Below are positions 51,084 to 63,729 of a stretch of DNA of 64,000 nt, one piece after another. Made by a program: the position numbers and the translations under genes. The stretch's first letter is position 1. Each line of letters opens with the position of its first letter. Below the pieces are notes generated by a model, which saw only the letters and a list, made by a program, of their open reading frames with translations, made no database searches and was not told where the DNA came from. This stretch comes from Malacoraja senta (taxonomy: Eukaryota): contig CM075989.1 in the NCBI GenBank assembly GCA_038087875.1, forward strand, positions 17,052,001-17,116,000, given 5' to 3'.

Positions 51084-53801
51084 GGCCCCATCTCTTCCAT
51101 CTACAAGTCACTATTATCTATTCACTATTCACTATCACTGTAACGTGGAAAAACCAAATGTACGCCTAGTATTTGCTCTAGCTAAGTACCGAATCCATGA
51201 TCCTGTGGTCCCAATTGTATCTCACTCCAGGTAGTTTGAGGCTAAAGCAGAGGGAAGCAGAAAGATCAACTTACTTGTTGATTGGAATGGAGTACTTTAG
51301 TCATGTGGAGAGATGATCACTATGTTTAAGACTTATTTAGATATTTAATAGTGCATATAAGGATACTGAACTAACGCAAGCAGATGGGGTTAGTGTAAGT
51401 GGGCATAAATGTCAGCAAGGATGGGATGGGCCGAAGGGCCCATGATAGTGCTGTATGGCTCCATAATTCATGAACACCAAACTATTGTGATGTTAATCCT
51501 CATCCCTGGTGGGCAGAGCTCCAGCTACAAATAGGTGGAGTGACTTTAAACTGTCAATGTCAGTGCCAAGGAATCCTGTAACCTCTCCCTCATGCCAATT
51601 TTACATTCCCATTGTATCATCATCATCAGTTCCTTTCCCACTCAATCCGCTCTACCTCTACCAGAAGGATAACAGTAGACTTCGAGCGAACATAGAAAGC
51701 CCTATAGAATTGACAGACCCATGGCAAAAGGAATTTAATGCATTGAATTGCTTTGAAATATCTTGGCTGGGAGAATAAGGAGAGGCAATGCATATTTAGC
51801 AATACATTCTAAATGGGCAGAAGAACAGAGACCTGAATGAACATTTAAAGGTGACATGGCAACTAGTAAAATATCTGAGACAAGAAACTGCAGATGCTGG
51901 TTTAGACAAACGGATAAAAAGTGCTGGATCAACTCAACATATCAGGTAGCATTTCTGGAGAACATGGACAGGTGTTGTTTCAGGTCAAGAGCCTTCTTCA
52001 GTATAAAATGCCTCAATGTAGTGTTATGTGAGTAGACTAGCAAAGCAAGGAGGCTTTGTTGATCTTTTATAAAACATTACCTACTGCATACAATTGAGTA
52101 TTGCAGCCAATTCTGGTCACTCCAGAGAGCATGTGAAACCATGCAGTGGTGCATTCAAGTGTAATTAACTCCAGAGATGAGGGACCTCAGCAACACCAAA
52201 CCAGAGAGGCAGAATGGATTTGCTCTCCTGGGAGATTGAGAGAAGATTTGATAGCAGTGAAGAAAATTATGACAGGTTTAGATAATAAGATGAAACTGTT
52301 CCCATTAGTCGAGGGATCCAGTACTCGAGGACATAGATTTAAACAACTGACAAAAATCAAAAAGTTGTGTGAGGAGAATTCTGATTGCACACCGATTTGG
52401 AATTCTCTGGCTGAATGCAGATTTAAACTAAAGGCAAAAATGTGCAGGAATCTCAGGGTGCTGCAACGGTTAGAACCGCTGCCTCACCACTCCCAGCAGC
52501 CCAGGTTCAATCCTGACCTCGGGTATTGTCTATGTGAAGTTTGCACCTTCTCCCTGCAACCAAGTGAGTTTCCTCCGGGTGCTCCAATTTCCTCCCACAG
52601 ATCAGTAGGTTAATTGGCTACTGTAAATTGTCCCTGGTGTGTAGTTGAGTGGCAGAATCCGGGAAGTGGAAATGGGAATGTAGGAAGAATAAAAGGAATG
52701 AGAGTAGGACGTAGAAAATAGATGCGTGAAGGTGAACGCATACGTTATCTGCTTTCATCCTGTATCTCTCTGTTCCACGTCCCTGAGTAGGGAAATCGAC
52801 AACCAGAGGACATAAGTTTAAGCTGAGTGGAGAAAGATTTAATAGTACCTGAAGGGGTAACTTGTTTACACAAAGGGTGGTGGGTGTATGAAATGAGCTG
52901 CCGGAGGAGGTAGTTGAAGTAGGTACTGTCGCAACGTTTAAGAAACATTTAGACAGGTACATGGATATGATAGGTTTAGAGAGATATGGGCCAAAAGCAG
53001 GCAGGTGGGATTAGTGCAGAAGGGACATAGAGAGAGTGATAGACACAGCCTGGTCCATCATAGGTACTGACCTCTCCGCCATCGAAGGGATCTCGAGGTT
53101 TTTGAACTATTATGGTACCTAGTATTACAGTTATTCATTTCTTGTATCACGATTATTATATATTACCCAAGTGCTAATGCATTTATGGGCTTGTTAAGCT
53201 GCAGCAAGTAAAGATTTCACATTCATGTTGTTCGTACATCCGACAACTAAACACTTTTGACTCTTCATGCTTGACTTAATATTTTACCTGTAAATGCCTG
53301 TGAAAAATGTGTGTAGTTTGAAAGATAAATGTTATTTACTGTCAAATCAATTATAAATTCAAAATTAAAAGTTATGTGTGGATTAATAATAAAAACACCA
53401 TAAAACTGCAAATTAAAAGATGTTTATTCATATTACAAAATAATTGCCTGAGGAGATAACCCACTTACCTTTTCTCATTAATAAGGTCTCCTTACTTGAC
53501 TGGAGTCTACAAGGCTGACAGCCTGTGATATGACCCGATCTTTACTTGGATTATATGTGCCACTTAACCTTATACAGGATCCATGCATCCTACACCACTA
53601 ATTGGTCTCACCACTTCCCATAATTGCACATAGATCATCGTAATTAACAACAATGTATTTTATCCGCACAGACCAACAGGCTGGTTGCCACGGACACCCA
53701 GTGCCCACCATTGGAAAACTCCTGTGCAACCCACTGAAAAATCTGCCCCAGTGAAAACTTCAGCGTTCAGTGGTACCTGACAATCAGTTGTTGAACAGAG
53801 T

Positions 53802-53829
53802 CTGAAGAAGGGTCTCGGCCCGAAACGTC
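53802..53829 (+). ncRNA. Minimal type I hammerhead ribozyme motif
   Basis: CTGAAGA-A-GGGTC-TC-GGCCC-GAAACGTC within a ~97-bp insert flanked by the direct repeat TCAGTTGTTG (53784-53793, 53891-53900). Confidence 0.6.
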
Positions 53830-56800
53830 ACCCATTCCTTCTATCCAGCTGCCTGACCCGTTGAGTTACTCCAGCATTTTGTGTCTATAGTCAGTTGTTG
53901 CATCGGTTACTGAGCTGAAAACAATTAATTAACTAAAATGACTGAAATAGCTTATAATGGTTTTTTTCCAGTACTTTTTGTGTGACGGTACATACCATTA
54001 AAACATTTGCCGACTCTTCAAAGATGAAAACTAGATCTTTACATTTTATTTAACAAAAAACATTGATTTCATACTTTTTCGTTATTGGTTTTTTAAATTA
54101 GAAGTGGATTGGTCACAAAATCAAAACAGAAGAGGAGAGATGTATTGTCGAGATAAATTGTCGATAATTGTAGGTTAATTTTTAATTGGTATGTGTACTG
54201 GCAATTCTTGGTCCACAAAAAGGCACTGTTTCTTCCCATTAGAAAGGTAGAGATTTTTATTCTTTAGAGTCAATTTCCTTGCAAGCATTAAAGTAAAAGA
54301 GTCAGACCAGCATTTAATAAATGAGTTTGTTGGTCAGCACCTATTGACTTAAACAACTCTTTTTAAAAGTTTTTTCTCCTGAAATGGAAAGGTTGCTGAA
54401 CCCTGAACAAAAGTGACAACATAAATGAGAAATACAGAGAAATGAAATAACTCTGAATGAATGGATTGATTGGTTTTATGGTGAAAGCTAAAAGTTCAGA
54501 TGTTTTACCGTTTCACTGTATAACACTGTTCATGCAGACTGGGCAATGGAGAGGCCCATTCCACTGGTCGGTTGTCTCAGGCTCCCAGATTATGGAATTG
54601 GGAATGGTTACAGGGATAATATGGCACAGTCTCCATCCTGTGTCATTGGGCTAATCTGAATTGAGACTGTGGAATTATCAGGAATGCCTTTAAAGAGAGT
54701 CAAGTCGAAAAGGGAGGCAATTTATGTGTGGAATTCCAGAGTTCCCATTGCCTCTAAACTCAACACTTGCCTCTAAACCCAACCTCTGGTGCTGCCTGTG
54801 TGGAGTTTGCACGTTCTCCCTGTGACCACATGGGTTCCCCCTGGATGCTCCGGTTTCCTCGCACATTGCAAAGACGTACAGGGTTGGTGGGTTAACTGAC
54901 TGCTGTAAATTGCCCCTGGTGTGTGCGTTAGTGGTCGAATCGAGGAGCAGTTGATGGGATTGTGGGGGGAATAAAATAGGTTAGGGTTTGTGCATGCTAA
55001 TGGTCAGCATGGACTCAGTGGGCTGAAGGGCCTGTGCTTTTTCCATAAATCTCGGTGAGATCCAATTCTGGCATCATCCACATTTGGCATCTCAATGGCT
55101 GACACATGTACACACTGAGACTCAAGTGTAATGCCTCTATGGAAGGGGAGCAATGATCATTAATCAATGAGGTCCATTTATAAAATGAACCCCAGACTTT
55201 ATTTGGAGAATCATCGGGGAGGCGATGACTTGACCAACTTTGTTGGCAACATCTGGAAATATGAAATATGAAGAAATATGAATTCTCCAGTCTGAAGAAG
55301 GATCCCGACCCAAAATGTCACTCACCTTTTTTTTCAGAGAGGCTGCCTGACCTACTGAGTTACTCCAGCACTTTGCGTCTATCGTCAGGGAACAGGAAGC
55401 TGGATACAACTCAGACGTACAGGGTTGGTGGGTTAACTGACTTCTGTAAATTGTCCCTAGGTGTGTAGGGCAGAACTAGTGTATGGGTGAACACTAGTCA
55501 GTGGTGACTCGATGGGCCAAAGGGCCTGTTTCCACACGGTATCTCTGAACTAAATTCTAAACTAAATTATTGTCCATTATTTTTCCCAAAAGAAAGCAAA
55601 CTGCATAATATCATATGGAGATGATTGGGACACTGTGTCATTAGGTTGTGGCTACTGATGTAACACACGTCGCAAGACAAAAAGCACTTTCTCCATCACA
55701 CACATTGGTCTAGATTTTTAAGATTGATATTATTTTAAATGCTGATAACACAAATGCTAAGGTGAGAGGGGCAAAAGTTTAAAGAGGATGTGCGGGGCAA
55801 GTTTTTTTGGCAGAGGGTGGTGAGTGCCTGGCACATGCTGCCAGGGGTGGTGGTGGTGGAGGCAGATACGAATGTTGCATTTAAGAGACTTTTGGATCGG
55901 CACATGGATATGCAGGGAATGGAGGACCGTGGAATATGTGCTGGCAGATAACAGTTGGTCTTGGCATCATGTTCGGCATGTGGGCTGAAGGACTTGTTAT
56001 TTTGCTGTTGTGTCCTATGTTCTATGTAACCCCAACATTCTAAGATCAGGGGATTACAGGAGGAGAAAAAACAATTGGGAGCATGGTCACATCCTGTCAT
56101 TATTGCACCTATCGTGTAGCAGCTTTGGCAGAGATTTATGATCTGGTCAGATCTGAAATCTGTTCACTTGGAGTTGTGGATTAAAATCCCACTTTAATTC
56201 TTGCAAAGCATTAGTTGGTATCAAATAGTTAAACTATTTCAGTCAAGAGAGGCCCAAGCACCGTGGGGTGCAAGTTGAAAGGATGATGTTCCCCTTCATT
56301 ACTTTGCAAACTCTTCAATTTTCAAAGATATAGCTGATAAGAATTGGCATTCAAGAATACAACAAATCTTCCAGGCAAATCCAATTCTCATTTGCAGCGT
56401 TCATATTCTGTTTGGAACGAGGGCAAATGCCATTTCAAGAAATCAAAACATCTGAATTTCTGTAACATCTTACATTCAAGCCATAAAACAGAACACTAGA
56501 CTGCGTTGTTAAGTCAATAACAATTTCAGAAGCGCAGCATGGTGGCGCAGCGGTAGAGTTGCTGCTCCAGAGACCCTGGTTCGATCCTGACTATGGGTGC
56601 TTGCCGACGTGGGTTTTCTGTGGGAGCTCCGGTTTCCTCCCACACTCCAAAGACGAACAGCTGTAATTATAAATTGTAATTTGGTCAGCGCGGACTCGAT
56701 GGGCTGAAGGGCCTGTTTCCGCACTGTATCTCTGAACTAAACTAAACTAAATTAACAAGGTAGTTGGCATTTTTCCTGTAATGATAACCCTACTGCATTT

Positions 56801-57891
56801 CACGAGATGAATGCTTTCAATGCTGCCAAACAGTATAATCTGTTTGCACTCCCCTGCAGTGAGGGAGTGAAAGCCAAAAACCTGTCTAATTCCCAAGGTG
56901 CTGTGAAGGATGTGTGCATCTAGCATCTTTCTGATGAGAGATGACTTGTGTTGAGGAAGATACACATCAAGTGTGCGTGTGCTAATCGCAGCCAGCAACA
57001 GCGTAAACATCATGAGAGCAAACCTTTGCCACTCGTTTGGATGAGTACCCAAAAGAACGCAATAAATCTTGCAGACAAGATAGGTGCGCTGAGAGGGAGA
57101 AGAAGAGAAACGAGCAGCAGATCATTTAAAGTTATAGGCTGGGCCTCCTCTGTTCTCTTCTTTCCAGCACATCAGCTCCCGAGCAAAATTTACTCTCGAC
57201 AAGTCAGGCTCTTGCTGATGGTTCCAGTCAATAATTCGCTGGGTGATCTGCCAACATCTGTCCAGCCTCCACAGGCAGCTCACTCATCTTGAGAAGACAT
57301 CCCGGGGAAGCTGGCTTCATTCCCGAACAAACACGGCAATGCAGGCAAATGGAAATGCAGTTGATTCAATGAAGCTGGCAGAGGTGATGAGCAGACACCT
57401 CACGCCCCACATCATATCTCGATGATACCTGCTCTGGCTTATTGGAGCATAGCTGCAGATGCAGATAATGCTCGATCTCCCGTGATGCAAAGATAGGATT
57501 TGCAACTGAGAGAAACATGAGGAATGAACACTTAAGGTTTGGAATTTAAAGACAAAATTGAGGACATGCTGCGAAGAATGTTGATATGTCTTGCTGCGGC
57601 TCTCGGTATTCTATTACACCTTTCAAGAAATAAATATCCTGGAATTCATCCGATTTTAAATAAATGATATGATGGTACACTATAGGATGCCATGACCAGT
57701 TCTCACATTTGAAAATTCACCTAGTATTATTGCAAGTCTGATCCCATCCAGGCTTTTCCTAATCCAGGAACTGCAAATTGAAAAGTATGGGCAAGGATTG
57801 CTCAGCCAGCTGGACAAGTTGGCTGGAGACACAAGTCACAACAGATGCTGGGAACTGGAGCAAGAAAATAAATTGCGAGAGGGAATATGGT

Positions 57892-57919
57892 CTGATGAAG
57901 GGTCTCGATTCGAAACGTC
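57892..57919 (+). ncRNA. Hammerhead ribozyme motif with canonical CUGAUGA core
   Basis: ggaatatggt-CTGATGA-A-GGGTC-TC-GATTC-GAAACGTC-atctattcc; the flanks can form an extended stem I. Confidence 0.6.
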
Positions 57920-58241
57920 ATCTATTCCTTTTCTCCAGAGATGCTGCCTGACCCACTGAGTTACTCCAGCATTTTGTGTTTATCTTTTATGAGAGGAACT
58001 CAGCGGCCCAAGCAGAGTCTGTGGAGGGAATGGGACAGTTGACATTTCAGTTTGAGACCTTTCCATTGGATTGTGGAGTTCAGATCGGTTGATCAATATA
58101 CATGTAACACATTCACCTTTAGGAATAGTTTTAAATCTATTAATTTGTTTGATGTGGCATTGCCGATGAAGTTCACAAAGACACAGAGTGCTCCACAGAG
58201 ATGACACAGAGGGTGGTCTGCAGAGCTACTCTGGGAGATGC

Positions 58242-58276
<35 letters not shown>

Positions 58277-59097
58277 GATTTATTCATCACATACACAATA
58301 AAATGCAGTGAAATGAATTTGCCAGCAGCAGTACAATAAATAAAAGAACACACAATACACAATAAAATTTAACACAAACATCCACCACAGCATTCTTCAC
58401 TGTGGTGGAAGGCACAAAGTACAGTCAGTCCTCCTCCATTGTTCCCCCGTGGTCGGGGCCATGAACCTCCGCAGTCGCCGCTGCGGGTGGCCAGATGTAC
58501 AGGCCCTCTATTCTGGAAGGTAAATCCCAAATCGGTGCTTCCCTACCGGAGACCGCTGCTTCAGGATGTTGTAGGCCGCAGGCCGGCGGTCAGAGCTCTT
58601 CTCCAGGGATCCCCGGCGAGGGGTCCCTCTCCGGATGGTAAGTCCACGCCGCTCCCATGGCTAGAAGCTCCGCAGACTGCAGCTTCAAGATGTTGTAGGC
58701 CGCGGGCCGGCGGGTCGGAGCTCTTCTCCGGGGATCCCCAACGAGGGATCCCAGGCTCCGGACGTCGCGCCTGCGGCTAGAAGCTCCGCAGACCGCGGCT
58801 TCAGGCTGAACATCGGAAAAAGTCCACGCTGTGCCCGCTGCTGATGCTCCGGGCTCGACTCCGGGAAAGGCCGCACCAATCCTTGGTGTTAGGCCGCGAG
58901 GGAGGCGACATGGAAAAAGTCGCCTCTCCGTGGAGGAGGCAACCGAAAGCAATTTCCCCCTTACCCCCACCTCACCACCCCCCACACTAGACACACCGAG
59001 AGACACTAAAACAAACATTTGGACATACTAAAAACCCCCCAAAAAAGTAGAAAAGACTAACACGCTGCTGGCAGGGCAGCCGTCTCGCAGCGCCCCC
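58242..59097 (-). mobile_element. Non-autonomous retroposon with GC-rich tandem subrepeats and (TTGA)n tail
   Basis: Both ends are homologous to the plus-strand element at about 31660-32335. Internal repeats ggctagaagctccgcagac.gc.gcttcag. (TCAA)n at 58242-58275. Confidence 0.65.
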
Positions 59098-59229
59098 ACC
59101 GTGCTGCCTGACCCACTGCAGCACACTGTGTCTTCTTTTGTAAACCAGCATCCGCAGTTCTTTGTTTCTACATTTACTGCTCACCTCCAGTTAACAGGGA
59201 AGGTGGCGAAAACATGTACGGAGGAAAAG

Positions 59230-59920
59230 ATGAGTTAACATGGGTCCCTTATGGAGAGAGACAAGAGAAAATATCGAGGAGTAAAGAATTGGCCTTATGA
59301 AAAATGAAACAATTATTCCACATCTATCTTCACAGATAAAGTCAAAGGAAATCTCCCGGAAAGAACAGAAGACTTTGGGTGTAGAGTGAATGGGAGCTCA
59401 TAGAAATTAATACTAACAAAAAGCTAGTTTGGAGAAATTAATGGAACTGAAAGGCAATAAATGCCCAGGGCCCAGTGACCTGCATACCAGGGCTTTGAAT
59501 GAGTTGATAATGAAGACAGTGGATGCATTGGTAGTCATCTTCCAAAATTCCACAAATTTTCATTTGGTTCCCACAGAATGTAAAGTAGCAAATGTAATCT
59601 CAGTACTTACAAAACGACTGAGAGTGCAAACGGGGAACTGTGGACCAGTTTCCATCAGTATTAGGAAAATTGCTACGAAAAACAATTTCCTAGGACTGAG
59701 GAGAATCAACATAGATTTATGAAAGCAGAATCTTGTTTGACAAATCAGCTGGAAATGTTTGAGATTGTAATGAGTAGAAAAGATAAAGGCAATCCATTGA
59801 TGCTAATAATGAGGAGCTACATAACAGATCTTTAAATAAAATTAATGCAATAAAAAAAAAGGACACAGCATGGGGGATAATACACTCACATGAAATAAAT
59901 CCTGATTAATGGAAAGGAAA
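59230..59920 (+). mobile_element. CR1 ORF2 fragment
   Basis: KCPGPSDLHTRALNEL...VIFQNS...VPTECKVANV...GNCGPVS. Confidence 0.7.
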
Positions 59921-60225
59921 GGGCAGCACGAAAGATAGAGTTACTGCCTTACACCGCTTGCAGCGCCAGTGGCCCGGGTTCGATCCCGACTATGGGTGCT
60001 GTCTGTATGGAGTTTGTAAGTTCTCCCCGTGACCGCATTGTTTTTCTCAGAGTTCTTTGGTTTCCCACCACACTCCAAAGACGTACAGGTTTGCAGGTTA
60101 ATTGGCTTGGTAAAAATGTAAAGAAGTGTGTGTAGGATAGTGTTAGTGTGCAAGGATTGCTGGTCGGTGGGGACTCGGTGGGCCGCAGGGCCTGCTTCCG
60201 CGCAGTATCTCTAAACTAAACTAAA
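59921..60225 (+). mobile_element. HE1-type SINE
   Basis: B box GGTTCGATCC and tail tctctaaactaaactaaa. Other plus-strand copies at about 7190-7280, 16655-16845, 22391-22700, 37496-37757, 52455-52680, 54790-55035, 55415-55565 and 56533-56750. Confidence 0.85.
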
Positions 60226-60554
60226 AACAGAGAGCAGGGAGTCCGTGCAAACTCCATGGATTCAAGATCAGAATTGAACCCTGATAACTGGTGCTGTGAG
60301 ACAACGGCAGTACTAGCTTCACAACCATGCAACCTGCACAGTTTCTGCTCTATACATTTGCAATTAATTCATACAACGTTTTAATCTTGTTTGCAAGCCT
60401 AGAGTGCTCAGTGACCACGATTAGTAACCTGATGACCCACCATATCTATACAGGCATCACAACTTCCTCCTTAATGCCCCTCCCCACCTCCTCCACTGTC
60501 CTTATTTTGAAATGTGGTCCCCGATATGCCCTTGAGGAATTTTGTATGTTTATA

Positions 60555-60940
60555 CCTCATGCTGCCTCGGCAAGGCCAGCAGCATAATCAAGGACGAGTC
60601 GCACACTGGACACTCCCTCTTCTCCCCTCTTCCATTGGGCAAAAGGTATAGAAGTGTGAAAACGCACACCACCAGATTCAGGGACAGTTTCTTCCCAGCT
60701 GTTATCAGGCAACTGAATCATCCTACCACAACTAGAGAGCGGTCCCGAACCACAAACTACCTCATTGGTGACCCTCGGACTATCTTTGATTGGACTTTAC
60801 TGGCTATATCTTTCACGAAATGTTATTCCCTTGTACACTGTAAATTGCTCATCAATCATTTATTGTATTTCCGCTGACTGGATAGCACGCAACAAAAGCT
60901 TTTCACTGTACCTCGGTACACGTGACAATAAACTAAACTG
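60555..60940 (+). mobile_element. Rex1/Babar-like non-LTR retrotransposon 3' end
   Basis: CLGKASSIIKDESHTGHSLFSPLPLGKRYRSVKTHTTRFRDSFFPAVIRQLN with tail ...cactgtacctcggtacacgtgacaataaactaaac. Other copies at 63857-64000 and 20775-21000. Confidence 0.78.
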
Positions 60941-62291
60941 AGATCATTCCTCATCCCTCTGAATCTCAAGAGAATAGAGGCCAGTGTATGTAATCTCCCC
61001 CATAGAACAAACCTGCCACTTCAGGAATCAAAATGATCAACCTCTGCGGCAGTCCTTCTCTCGTAAGAATATATTTCCTTATGTAGAGAGACTAAATCTG
61101 CCCAAGGGGATGTGGAACATGTGCAGGCAGAGAAGATTAATTAAACTTGACATAATTGGTAATTGATTTGCAAGACCTGACATTTGATTAGTAAGGGCAT
61201 CTAAGGTTATGGAGAGAAGGCAGGAGAATGGGGTTGAGAGGGAAAAGTAGTTTAGCCATGACAGAGCAGACTCGATGGGCCGAATGGTCTTATAGGGTTA
61301 GTTTAGTTTAGAGATACAGCGTGGAAACAGGTCCTTAGGCCCACCGAGTCCGCACCGACCAGTGATCCATCCGTGCACACCATTGCTATCCTACACACAT
61401 TGGGGACAAATTATAATGATACCAAGCCAAGAGACCTGTATGTCTTTGGAGTGTGGCAGGAAACCAAAGATCCCGGAGAAAACTCATGCAGGTCACGGGG
61501 AGAACGTACAAACGCCGTAGAGACAAGCACCCGTAATCAGGATCCGTGTTCAGTAAGTCTAGCGCTGCATCACCGTGCCTCCCCTGGTCCTACGTCGTAT
61601 GGTTTTTATCATGTTTGGTGTGGTCACTGTGGGCCAAAGGGCCTGTGTCTATACTATATTCAATGTTCTCTGGTCTACACCTGCACACAATATTCTAGGG
61701 TGCCATATAATTGGAGCAAGATGCATTCTCCTGAATTCAAATCTTCAAAAAAGGCCATTTGCTTTTCTAACTGCTGTTGAACCTACACATTACCTTTCAG
61801 TGATTCATTGTCAAAGACATTCAGGAGAACAAACACCAACATCTTTCAAATCTCACCTTCCTTTTATTTTTCTGGCAAAATGACTGGCTTCATATTTTTG
61901 GCACATTATACTTACTATCATGTCCTTGCTCAATGACTTATCCCTATCCCACTGAAGCCTTTCTGCATCCTCTCTGTGGACCGCATTTCCACCTCGTTTT
62001 GTGCCATCAACGCAGAGGGATATAATGCAGATGATATCCCCATCTAAATCATCAAGGCAGATTGTAATCTGCATCCTAAACTGACCTGTGTACACCTCCT
62101 CTCTGTTTTCGTTATATTAATCAGGATTTATTTCTCAATCCTCAAACCACTCAACTACACACTAGTGTAATTTAAAGGAACAACTGACCTACCGACTCGC
62201 AGGTCTTTGGGATGTGGGAGGAAGCCGGAGCACCCGGAGGAAACCCACATGGTCACAGGGAGTGTAGGAAGGAACTGCAGACGCTGGTTTA

Positions 62292-62462
62292 ACGGTGTGT
62301 CCTACTTAGGCAATTTTTCAGCGGACTGCTGGCGAGTGTCAAGTTCGCGGCACTCGCCTAAAAACCGGGAACTGGAACGCTACTGTCAGAGTGGAGCACA
62401 CACAAACACATCGCAGAGTCTCCTGCACTCGCCTAAAAAGTCGCCGATGTGGGACAGGCCCT
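62292..62462. mobile_element. PIF/Harbinger-like MITE nested in a PLE-derived repeat
   Basis: Degenerate left TIR ACGGTGTGTCCTACTT and right end GTGGGACAGGCCCT. TTA is duplicated. Removing the element restores the host motif gctggtttacact..aaaatgctggag. Confidence 0.75.
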
Positions 62463-63481
62463 TTACACTGATGATGGACTCAAAATGCTGGAGAAACTTT
62501 ATCAAAATAGAGCTTGATAAAGACCAGTTTATTTCAACTCTACACAGTTGCAAATCGTGATTTCTCAGGTCCAGGCAATTAAATCGAAAGTAAAATCAAT
62601 TACGAGATGCAATCGAAACTTAGCACAAGTAATACTGGATCAGGCCTTCTACCTTCAGTTAAGGCATCTTTGCAGGTGAACTGATTCATTTCTTGATCAG
62701 TAAGGATTTCAGGGGTTATGGGGAGAAGGCAGGAGAAATAGGGTTAGGAGAGAGAGATAGATCAGCCATGATTGAATGGCAGAATAGACTTGAGCTGAAT
62801 GGCCTAATTCCGCTTCTAGAACTTATCAACTTATTTTTGTGCAGTCCAATCTTGCAGCGCTGACATCAGATATGCGCTACCTGCTGCACTGTTGTGAAAC
62901 CTTGTGCATAGCCAGGTCACTTCTAGGGGAACATGTAATTCATCATGTACCACCCACACTTAGAGATTCCACTTGTGTCATAGATTTTTACTTTTGATTA
63001 AATTGCCTAGACAGTAAAAAATGACACGCAATTGAATTTTTTGGATATTGTTATTAAGGATTTTGCAGTTCAAGTTAATACAGAAGGACTGTCACAATGA
63101 CTTTGCAGGAGCCATTAGAAAAGATGAATTAGCCAGCGCACCTCTGTGCTCCTGGGATTCTGTAATCTTTGGCTGTTACGCTTCATTACCCACTTTCAAT
63201 GCAAAATCTTAAATACTTTCAGTTACTTGCGGTAAATATTCCTCTCGGCAATTATTTGAAGACAGTGTAGAAAGGTAATGAGGTGGGAGCATTCCCACAT
63301 CATTAGTGGGACCAACCCAAGTTAAATCCATCAACTCTCTGGCTCAACCATCCTCCTGATGCTGTAACTACAAAGCTGCTGCAACGCACATGGAGCGTCT
63401 AACGCTTGACGTGCACTGATACTGTCCTTGTAAACTCGACCTGCAATTAGTCCCATTATGAAAACATGTTCCTAAATCTTA

Positions 63482-63729
63482 AGGGCCTGTCCCACTTGGC
63501 GATTTTTTTCGGCGACTGCCGGCATAATTGACTGACGTATCAGGTCCCCGAAAAATTTGCGGTATGATGCGGCGTGACGCGGCGTGACGACGTATTGACG
63601 CGCGGTGTCTTTTCAAGTGTCGCAACATTTCTTTTGGTCACCGCTGGATTTTGAAATGCTCAAAATCTTTTGGCGACCCTGATATGACGCTGGCAGTCGC
63701 CAAAAAAATCGCCAAGTGGGACAGGCCCT
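63482..63729. mobile_element. PIF/Harbinger-like MITE
   Basis: About 40-bp TIRs AGGGCCTGTCCCACTTGGCGATTTTTTT(C)GGCGACTGCC. Flanks TTA/TAA. CpG-rich, so probably young. Confidence 0.85.

Noticed and set aside
2168..57980. Recurrent ~30-40-bp repeats as a CRISPR array or prokaryotic system
   Set aside because: Dispersed, both orientations, no regular spacers or cas genes; the window is vertebrate DNA.
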